Shown piece after piece: positions 42,656-50,266 of a DNA stretch of 64,000 nt (position 1 is its first letter; every line of letters begins with the position of its first letter). The translations under genes were made by a program, and so were the position numbers. The notes under the pieces were generated by a model. The model was not told where the DNA came from. It was given only the letters and a program-made list of their open reading frames with translations, and did no database searches. The stretch comes from Ignavibacteriota bacterium (GTDB lineage: Bacteria; Bacteroidota; Ignavibacteria; UBA10030), in contig OY969585.1 of NCBI GenBank assembly GCA_963701295.1, positions 2,432,001 through 2,496,000 of the forward strand, in the 5' to 3' direction.

Positions 42656-43631
42656 GCCACTGCTGAGATTTATGCCGGCTGATCGGCTGACCTTTGAGAC
42701 CTTTATATATTGTTTTGTTTTTTAAGACATAGTAAACAATCTTCGCAAGTTCTTTGGCAACGACGGTTCGCGCAGTCGCCTCATTGGAGCGACGAGCTAA
42801 TTTCTGGAATAAGCGTTTGTATTCCGGATAGTACTGAATAGCATGAACAGCGGCATCGGAGAAGGCGATTTTGAGATACTTATTGCCGTCTTTGCTGGAG
42901 CGATGGTGCACAGAGCGATTGGAGTTATCGGCAGCAGGGACGAGTCGGCAGTAAGAGACAAACTTTTTATCGGAGTCGAATCGTTCAATGCCGTCGATTT
43001 CAAGATACACCGTGAATGCGGTGAGCTTGCCGATACCTGGAATGTGCAAGAGCCGTTGAATATCGTCGTTGGGAATCAGCACAGGATGGAGAGATTTTTC
43101 CAGCGAGAGGATCTGAGCAGTAAAAGTGTCTCTGGTATGTTGCAAGACAGCAAGTTGAAAACGATACGGATCCGGAACAGAGCCGTTAAATTTGGTCTGA
43201 ATACTGTAGAGACGCAGAAGACTGGCAGTTCGTTGCTGAACGAGCCGTAGACGAATACGCATGGTATCGCGCAGGCCGCGTAGTTCTCGGCTGATTTTGT
43301 GAGCCCGTGGAATGAGTCCCTGTCGTAAGAGAAGAGCAAGAGTTTGCGAATCGACTTTATCTGTTTTAACTTTAGCATAACTGATGGCTTTGAGATATTT
43401 GGCGTGAGCAAGGACAAGCTCGATGCCGTGATCGCTGAGAAGATCGTTGAGCCAGTACCATCCTGTGGTAGACTCAACGACTGCGTGATGAGGACCGGGC
43501 AGAGAGTGGAAGTAATCAAGAACACGTTCATTGTTATTCTCGACACGTTGTCGCTTGATGACAGCACCAGTGTCATCAACAGTGGTGATAAAACAATTAT
43601 CAGAATGCAAATCGATACCTGAGTAATACAT
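42630..43631 (-). CDS. IS110-family DEDD recombinase/transposase
   Basis: MYYSGIDLH, VVESTT, KTDKVDS, IPGIG, catalytic-Ser region DNSN; AAGGAG RBS. Confidence 0.95.
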   Translation of the reverse strand: MYYSGIDLHSDNCFITTVDDTGAVIKRQRVENNNERVLDYFHSLPGPHHAVVESTTGWYWLNDLLSDHGIELVLAHAKYLKAISYAKVKTDKVDSQTLALLLRQGLIPRAHKISRELRGLRDTMRIRLRLVQQRTASLLRLYSIQTKFNGSVPDPYRFQLAVLQHTRDTFTAQILSLEKSLHPVLIPNDDIQRLLHIPGIGKLTAFTVYLEIDGIERFDSDKKFVSYCRLVPAADNSNRSVHHRSSKDGNKYLKIAFSDAAVHAIQYYPEYKRLFQKLARRSNEATARTVVAKELAKIVYYVLKNKTIYKGLKGQPISRHKSQQWPRLSSPLS

Positions 43632-43888
43632 GGGAATCTCCTTAGATTGTGGATGTTGGTGACCTAGAGAATTATCAATGTACATAATCGGGAGATTCCT
43701 TTTTGGTAATATCCAGCGGCTCAAGCTGACCGGATGAGCGTTGGTGCGTTAAGCATGGCGAGCATAGGTTTCGGTTCTTAATAATAAACTTTTCAGCGTG
43801 AACTTGTTTCGTTTGGTACATTTTGAAAGTATTCAGCGCGGCAGCTTAGCCGCCATCCGTTAGCTGCCACCACAAATAAGAGGATATT

Positions 43889-44323
43889 ATGAGAAATAAA
43901 GTTCTTCTATTTATTATTATCTATTTCATTGGATGTTCGAGTACCAAGCACACTACGATAAATAATCCAAATTTTTCTCCTGATAATATTATTTTCTTCG
44001 GTGACACGCTTGGATATAATATCATACATTTTGACACCATTTATTCTGAAACTGCTCCTTCTATATTAAATCGAATAAATCCAATTTATCCTAATAAATT
44101 AGAGCAAGATGGAATTGAGGGAGATGTCTTTGTTAGAATGTTGATTTCTGATGTTGGAGTAGTTAAAGCAATTGAGGTTTCAAAAGATAGTGACCAGCCA
44201 TTCATTCAGGCTGCTGTAGACGCCTTTATGAAGTGGACATTTAAACCAGCTATGCAAAACGATAAGCCAATATGGGTGTGGGTATCATTACCGCAACATT
44301 TTAGGCTTCATAATAGTAATTAG
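43889..44323 (+). CDS. Cassette: TonB C-terminal domain lipoprotein
   Basis: Lipobox FIGC; PIYP...GIEGDV..KWTFKPA..KPI. Confidence 0.85.
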   Translation: MRNKVLLFIIIYFIGCSSTKHTTINNPNFSPDNIIFFGDTLGYNIIHFDTIYSETAPSILNRINPIYPNKLEQDGIEGDVFVRMLISDVGVVKAIEVSKDSDQPFIQAAVDAFMKWTFKPAMQNDKPIWVWVSLPQHFRLHNSN

Positions 44324-44328
44324 GTGGC

Positions 44329-44482
44329 AGCTAACCAGCAGCTCAAGCTGACTGAATGAGCTCGCTGCAAACTTCATGGCGAGCATAGGTCGGTACAGGA
44401 TTGAAAGAACCAGTATGAACTTGTTTCGTTTAGTGCATGTTGAAAGTTTTCAGCGCAGCAGCTTAGCTGCCATCCGTTAGGC
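44329..44482 (+). repeat. attC 11
   Basis: AGCTAAC...GTTAGGC. Confidence 0.9.
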
Positions 44483-44506
44483 GGCAGTCAATAAAGGAGA
44501 TATAAT

Positions 44507-44914
44507 ATGAAACTAGTACCTTGGACAGAACGATTTTCCGTCGGTGTAAAGGAAATCGATCTTCAACATCGCAGCTTGCTTGACATTATAAATCAACTCA
44601 TCGTCTCTATTGAGAAGGAGAATGACTGGAAAACGACATCTGTCATTCTTGACTCCCTTATCAATTACGCCTACAACCATTTCGCAACTGAAGAACGATA
44701 TATGAAGGAAGCTGAATATCCTGAATTATTATGGCATGTTGGGTTGCATCTTGAGTTCATAAAAAAGGTATTTGAGCTTTCTCAGGAAGTCTCGTTGAAA
44801 GGAATAGAAATACAACGAGAGATGCTTACATTTTTAACGGAATGGTATACTAATCATGTTCTTGGAGTTGACAGAAAATATATGTCTAGCCTTTCTGCGA
44901 AAGGAATAAAATAA
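44507..44914 (+). CDS. Cassette: bacteriohemerythrin
   Basis: W...SVGV..ID.QH, HFATEE..M, H...H, W...HVL..D. Confidence 0.93.
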   Translation: MKLVPWTERFSVGVKEIDLQHRSLLDIINQLIVSIEKENDWKTTSVILDSLINYAYNHFATEERYMKEAEYPELLWHVGLHLEFIKKVFELSQEVSLKGIEIQREMLTFLTEWYTNHVLGVDRKYMSSLSAKGIK

Positions 44915-44927
44915 ATTTACAACTGCC

Positions 44928-45082
44928 GCCTAACCAGCGGCTCAAGCTGACCGAATGAGCGTTGGTACGTTAAGCATGGCGTACAGAGGTCAGTACAAAA
45001 TTGAAATAACCAGCGTGAACTCATTTCGTTGGGTACATATTGAAAGTTGGTCACGCGGCAGCTTAGCCGCAGTCCGTTAGGC
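44928..45082 (+). repeat. attC 12
   Basis: GCCTAAC...GTTAGGC. Confidence 0.9.
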
Positions 45083-45131
45083 GCCCAAAAAGAGATACAC
45101 CTAAAAACATAATTATAATTTGAGGAGATAT

Positions 45132-46067
45132 ATGAAATTATTTAATGCTTTAATTCTTTCCGCGATTGCCTTTTTAGGCACGAGTTGCACTCCACCAACT
45201 ACGACAGTGCGTACGGACGCGCTTGTTATGAATATTCGTTCTTTTGATTGTTCATTAAACGATCAATTTTTGACTTTTGAAAATGATACAGTCAGAATCG
45301 TTTACGTGCTTTGGGCAGAACGTGGAAAGTTGAATATCTATATTCATAATAAATTATCAAAGCCTCTATACATTGATTGGAAGAAATGTTCATATATAAC
45401 TGGAAGCACCAAGCATGATTATTGGCAAGAGACAACTACTTTTGTTACAAATAATTCATCATCTTCTTTTGTTAGTGGATATTCTATTACAGATTTCCTT
45501 TTTAAACAATATCATTCTAAATTAAAAGGTTCTTCCAATGCCTTATCATATAGTTCTACGAGTACTTCTGGTACCTCAATAACGCGCATAGAAAAGCCTG
45601 AACGCATAACATTTATACCACCAGGTACAACTATTGCAGTTGGTCTTTTTACATTGTACGAAAATGATAATATCAACATTCCGACGAATCAATATATTTC
45701 AAATGACACAACCGTAATAGTGAAGAGTCAAGTCGTTAAAGTCACACGGACATATAAGCTTAGACCAGATCGTACTTATCAAGATGATTCACTTGTAAAT
45801 GGACCAGTAAAAGTGAGATTATCCTATATTAATTATGATTTAGAAAATTCACCATTCTCTTTCCGGTCATTTATTACTTATTCAACAGATGAAAAATTTC
45901 TAGCAGAAGCATATGCAAATAATTCTTTCTATTTAGCTCGTATCACACAAATGCCTATTTCTACATTTGAGTTAAAAGCATCTGCAGATTCAACAAGCCA
46001 GGATGATAGAAGTATGTGGGCAGACTCCAGGTCTTTCTATGTATTTAGAAATATTGAAATTAAGTAG
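45132..46067 (+). CDS. Cassette: hypothetical lipoprotein
   Basis: GAGGAG RBS; lipobox GTSC. Confidence 0.8.
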   Translation: MKLFNALILSAIAFLGTSCTPPTTTVRTDALVMNIRSFDCSLNDQFLTFENDTVRIVYVLWAERGKLNIYIHNKLSKPLYIDWKKCSYITGSTKHDYWQETTTFVTNNSSSSFVSGYSITDFLFKQYHSKLKGSSNALSYSSTSTSGTSITRIEKPERITFIPPGTTIAVGLFTLYENDNINIPTNQYISNDTTVIVKSQVVKVTRTYKLRPDRTYQDDSLVNGPVKVRLSYINYDLENSPFSFRSFITYSTDEKFLAEAYANNSFYLARITQMPISTFELKASADSTSQDDRSMWADSRSFYVFRNIEIK

Positions 46068-46082
46068 TAATATATTTTGGGC

Positions 46083-46240
46083 GCCTAACCAGCAACTCAA
46101 GCTGACAGAATGAGCGTGTTGCGTTAAGCATGGCTAATAGAGGTTCAGATGTTTAATAATAAACTTATCAGCGTGAACTTGTTTCGTTTTCAGCAACTTG
46201 CGGGTTATCAGTGCCGCAGCTTAGTTGCCATCCGTTAGGC
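46083..46240 (+). repeat. attC 13
   Basis: GCCTAAC...GTTAGGC. Confidence 0.9.
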
Positions 46241-46547
46241 TGCACAGGCAGCGCGCTTTGTGTGAGTTGTGTTTTAAAGTATTGTGGTTACCTATTTGGG
46301 TTTTATATTTCTTTCTACTGGCAAAAGTTTCTAAGGGCGAAGTGCAGACTAAAATGTTGGTTGCTTTCTATACGGTTACGTTGTCAACAAGTTTTGATTT
46401 GAACGAGAATAAAAAAGCAGTGCAAGTTAAGTTCCAAAAAGCATCTCGGTGATGCGCTGCCTGTGCTCAGAAAAATTCGAGTTATGAAAGAGTCGGAATA
46501 TTTTGTCTATGAAGAAAGTTTGTACAACAAAGTAACAATAGCCTAAC
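46234..46547. other. Gene-less cassette A (structured, candidate ncRNA)
   Basis: No credible ORF; 13-bp stem 46242-46254/46454-46466. Confidence 0.7.
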
Positions 46548-46700
46548 CAGGCACTCAAGCTGACGGTTGCCAGCTGGGTGCAATTAACATGGCTAAGCAT
46601 AGGGTCTGGTGCAAATGATAAAACTTTCGTTGTGGGACTTGTTTCGTTGGTTGCATGACGAAAGTTATCAACGCCGCAGCTTAGTGCCCGTCCGTTATGT
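46541..46700 (+). repeat. attC 14
   Basis: GCCTAAC...GTTATGT. Confidence 0.9.
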
Positions 46701-46983
46701 TGCACAGGCAGCGCACACAGTATGTGTTACTTGCGGGGTTGGGTAATCGCGTTCTAACGGCTTTAAGTTTTAGTTACATTGTACAGATTTAGATTTTGGT
46801 TGCTTTCTATAAGTTACGTTGTCAACAAGTTTTGTTTTGTACGAGAATAAAAGCAGTGCAAGTTAAGTTCCTCAAAAGAATCTCGGCGATGCGCTGCCTG
46901 TGCTCAGAATAATTAAAGTTTTTTTGGTGTTAGCAAGTATTGTTTTGTTGAAAGTTTGTACAACAAAGAAACTATAACATAAC
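46694..46983. other. Gene-less cassette B (homolog of A)
   Basis: 14-bp stem 46702-46715/46890-46903; shares a conserved core with A. Confidence 0.7.
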
Positions 46984-47136
46984 CAGCAACTCAAGCTGAC
47001 GGTTGGAACGTGGGATTTAAATTCATGGCGCTAAACACACGTTATTATTATGGCGCGAATATAGACGTGTGGCTTGGTTCGTTGATTGCATGACTCGTAA
47101 TTATCAACGCCGCAGCTTAGCGCCGGTCCGTTAGGC
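46977..47136 (+). repeat. attC 15 (chimeric arms)
   Basis: ACATAAC...GTTAGGC; left arm CAACTCAAG does not match right arm CTTAGCGCC. Confidence 0.85.
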
Positions 47137-47166
47137 GGCAGCAAAAGCAAAAGAGGAGGAATACAA

Positions 47167-47688
47167 ATGGAATCTATTTGGGTATTAATTCTATTACAAG
47201 CAATCATTTTCGGATTCTTCTGCTCCTTTATTGCAAAAGAAAAGAAGCGCGATTCTGGCAGTTGGTTCATGCTTGGCTTTTTCTTTAGCTTTCTTGCCGT
47301 TCTCGCTTTAGTTGCAATTCCGAAACAAGAACAAAAAACTCCTGTGAATGCAACAAGTGCAGTTAATGCGAAGTCTTCCAAGACGATATGTCCATTTTGC
47401 AAAGAAGAGATTCAACCAGACGCAATTCTTTGCAAACATTGTCGGAGTGATCTAACCCAAACGAAACCAATTTCTATCGTTCCTCAATCCGTGGCGAAAG
47501 AATTTTCATCCGGTAAGTCGAAAAAGGTTATTTGTCCAAAGTGCAATTTCACAGAGGAAGTTACATATCAAAAAGTATTGTCTAACGGTGCTTTCCAAAA
47601 GTTTGAGGCACATCTGGATTCTGGCTGGGAACCGCATCTCATTTGTCCAGAGTGTCGAAAGAAGTTTGCATTCAACGCAAATAGATAA
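47167..47688 (+). CDS. Cassette: membrane protein with Zn ribbons
   Basis: 2 TM, CPFC..CKHC, CPKC..CPEC. Confidence 0.85.
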   Translation: MESIWVLILLQAIIFGFFCSFIAKEKKRDSGSWFMLGFFFSFLAVLALVAIPKQEQKTPVNATSAVNAKSSKTICPFCKEEIQPDAILCKHCRSDLTQTKPISIVPQSVAKEFSSGKSKKVICPKCNFTEEVTYQKVLSNGAFQKFEAHLDSGWEPHLICPECRKKFAFNANR

Positions 47689-47776
47689 AATAAATAGCTG
47701 CCACCTAACCAGTTTAAAAAGGAAAGAGTCAAGTAAATAATATACTCCCGATGCGTTCCGCGCAATCGGAATGCAG

Positions 47777-48032
47777 AGTTCTTTAACATTAAGGACGACC
47801 GAATCCGTGCCGATGCCGCGTTCTCTATCGAATAGACAGGCGATTACCAGAGCAATGCCGTCCAAACCAGTTTACGGATTTACATTCACTCATTGAAGAA
47901 ACGATGGTGAAAGCGTATCTCGTCGAGCGAGATGTTCCAGATATTACCACGGCACAGCGCACTCTCTTCCCAATCCAGCGAACGATCCCGACGCAGTCGG
48001 GATCAGTTAGGAAAGCGGGCTTGAGAGGCGCG
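47777..48032 (-). ncRNA. Bridge (seek) RNA, copy 2; ends approximate
   Basis: Same sequence as copy 1. Confidence 0.8.
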
Positions 48033-49008
48033 GCCACTGCTGAGATTTATGCCGGCTGATCGGCTGACCTTTGAGACCTTTATATATTGTTTTGTTTTTT
48101 AAGACATAGTAAACAATCTTCGCAAGTTCTTTGGCAACGACGGTTCGCGCAGTCGCCTCATTGGAGCGACGAGCTAATTTCTGGAATAAGCGTTTGTATT
48201 CCGGATAGTACTGAATAGCATGAACAGCGGCATCGGAGAAGGCGATTTTGAGATACTTATTGCCGTCTTTGCTGGAGCGATGGTGCACAGAGCGATTGGA
48301 GTTATCGGCAGCAGGGACGAGTCGGCAGTAAGAGACAAACTTTTTATCGGAGTCGAATCGTTCAATGCCGTCGATTTCAAGATACACCGTGAATGCGGTG
48401 AGCTTGCCGATACCTGGAATGTGCAAGAGCCGTTGAATATCGTCGTTGGGAATCAGCACAGGATGGAGAGATTTTTCCAGCGAGAGGATCTGAGCAGTAA
48501 AAGTGTCTCTGGTATGTTGCAAGACAGCAAGTTGAAAACGATACGGATCCGGAACAGAGCCGTTAAATTTGGTCTGAATACTGTAGAGACGCAGAAGACT
48601 GGCAGTTCGTTGCTGAACGAGCCGTAGACGAATACGCATGGTATCGCGCAGGCCGCGTAGTTCTCGGCTGATTTTGTGAGCCCGTGGAATGAGTCCCTGT
48701 CGTAAGAGAAGAGCAAGAGTTTGCGAATCGACTTTATCTGTTTTAACTTTAGCATAACTGATGGCTTTGAGATATTTGGCGTGAGCAAGGACAAGCTCGA
48801 TGCCGTGATCGCTGAGAAGATCGTTGAGCCAGTACCATCCTGTGGTAGACTCAACGACTGCGTGATGAGGACCGGGCAGAGAGTGGAAGTAATCAAGAAC
48901 ACGTTCATTGTTATTCTCGACACGTTGTCGCTTGATGACAGCACCAGTGTCATCAACAGTGGTGATAAAACAATTATCAGAATGCAAATCGATACCTGAG
49001 TAATACAT
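48007..49008 (-). CDS. IS110-family DEDD recombinase/transposase
   Basis: Protein identical to copy 1 in the ORF track. Confidence 0.95.
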   Translation of the reverse strand: MYYSGIDLHSDNCFITTVDDTGAVIKRQRVENNNERVLDYFHSLPGPHHAVVESTTGWYWLNDLLSDHGIELVLAHAKYLKAISYAKVKTDKVDSQTLALLLRQGLIPRAHKISRELRGLRDTMRIRLRLVQQRTASLLRLYSIQTKFNGSVPDPYRFQLAVLQHTRDTFTAQILSLEKSLHPVLIPNDDIQRLLHIPGIGKLTAFTVYLEIDGIERFDSDKKFVSYCRLVPAADNSNRSVHHRSSKDGNKYLKIAFSDAAVHAIQYYPEYKRLFQKLARRSNEATARTVVAKELAKIVYYVLKNKTIYKGLKGQPISRHKSQQWPRLSSPLS

Positions 49009-49267
49009 GGGAATCTCCTTAGATTGTGGATGTTGGTGACCTAGAGAATTATCAATGTACATAATCGGGAGATTCCTTTTTGGTAATATCCAGCAACTCA
49101 AGCTGACCAAATGAGCGTGTTACGTTAAGCATGGCGTGTAGAGGTTTGGATGTTTAATAATAAACTTTTCAGCATGAACTTGTTTCGTTTTCAGCAACTT
49201 GTGGCTTTTCGTTGCCGCAGCTTAGTTGCCATCCGTTAGGCGGCAATAATAATGAAAGGATTCTATA

Positions 49268-49744
49268 ATGAGTGAAGACGTAAATATTCCTACACCTGAG
49301 ATAAATAAATTAGCATCTTTGAGTGACAGATTTTTTGCGTCATTAGTAGATGCATTTATTATGGGCTTAATCATTTTTGTACCACTTTTAATAATTTATG
49401 GATTAGATGGTATGCTTGAGTTGCAGGTTCAATATGGCTTTTTATATATCGCTATTGTGTTTGCGATTGGTCAAGTCATATTTCTTCTAGTCCAAGGTCG
49501 ATTGCTTTTTAAGTACGGACAGACAATTGGAAAAAGGTACTTGGAAATTAAAATAACCGATCTGAATGGTAATCTGCCACCGTTTAGCACAATATATGGG
49601 CTTCGGTATTTATCTATGTCAATAATTCCTATAATACCATTTATTGGGGGTCTTCTAGGTCTAGTAGACATATTGTGTATTTTTAGAAAAGACAGAAGAT
49701 GTATTCATGATTTAATTGCTGGAACAAAAGTTATTGCCGCCTAA
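49268..49744 (+). CDS. Cassette: RDD-family membrane protein
   Basis: RFFASLVD, GQTIGK, R, HDLIAGT.V. Confidence 0.92.
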   Translation: MSEDVNIPTPEINKLASLSDRFFASLVDAFIMGLIIFVPLLIIYGLDGMLELQVQYGFLYIAIVFAIGQVIFLLVQGRLLFKYGQTIGKRYLEIKITDLNGNLPPFSTIYGLRYLSMSIIPIIPFIGGLLGLVDILCIFRKDRRCIHDLIAGTKVIAA

Positions 49745-49896
49745 CCAGCGGCTCAAGCTGACCGGATGAGCGTGGTACGTTAAGCATGGCTTGTAGAGGT
49801 TTTGGTTTTTAATAATAAACTTTTCAGCATGAACTTGTTTCGTTTAGTTTATTTTGAAAATTATCAGTGCGGCAGCTTAGCCGCTATCCGTTAGGC
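49739..49896 (+). repeat. attC 17
   Basis: GCCTAAC...GTTAGGC. Confidence 0.9.
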
Positions 49897-50088
49897 GGCG
49901 CGGTCGGTGCGCGCAGTAAAATGTTTATTAAGATGGTTTCGTTTTAAATTATTTCTTCGTGGTGTTTAATAAATAAGTACAGTAAAGTTTTGTTTGCACC
50001 GCCCGCGCTCGTTTGTTGGATGGTAAAAATAAAACGGAATAATTGTTTAGTTAAAATTGTTCATCGCAAAATTAAAGTATCGCCTAAC
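49890..50088. other. Gene-less cassette C
   Basis: No ORF of 60 aa or more; 12/13-bp stem 49898-49910/49996-50008. Confidence 0.7.
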
Positions 50089-50239
50089 CAGCAACTCAAG
50101 CTGACGGATTGAGCGTGGGAGCAATCAACATGGCTAATAGAGGTTTGGTGCTTAATAATTCGGTTAGTAGCGTGAACCAGTTTCGTTTTGTGAATTACCA
50201 AAGTCATCAACGCCGCAGCTTAGTTGCGGTCCGTTAGGG
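50082..50239 (+). repeat. attC 18
   Basis: GCCTAAC...GTTAGGG. Confidence 0.9.
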
Positions 50240-50266
50240 CGCAGTTAAAATAAAGAGTACCATAAA

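Larger units (their letters stand above)
42336..43716 (-). mobile_element. IS110-family (IS1111 group) element, copy 1, 1381 bp
   Basis: CCAG at both junctions; subterminal IRs AAAAAGGAA/TTCCTTTTT 3 and 8 bp inside; long non-coding end downstream of the transposase. Confidence 0.93.
42326..43865 (+). repeat. attC 10, interrupted by IS110 element
   Basis: CCCTAACCAG at 42326-42335; remainder CCAGCGGCTCAAGCTGAC...GTTAGCT at 43713-43865. Confidence 0.9.
47713..49093 (-). mobile_element. IS110-family (IS1111 group) element, copy 2, 1381 bp
   Basis: Appears identical to copy 1 (offset 5377 bp); same position and orientation in attC. Confidence 0.93.
47703..49241 (+). repeat. attC 16, interrupted by IS110 element
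   Basis: ACCTAACCAG at 47703-47712; remainder CCAGCAACTCAAG...GTTAGGC at 49090-49241. Confidence 0.9.

Noticed and set aside
42168-43622. Extra ORFs overlapping the IS (135, 167, 92, 70 aa etc.)
   Set aside because: Alternative or antisense frames of the recombinase and bridge RNA; repeated only because the IS is duplicated.
46211-46452. 63- and 75-aa ORFs in cassette A
   Set aside because: They start inside the attC, lack an RBS, and are not preserved in homolog B, which has frame-breaking indels.
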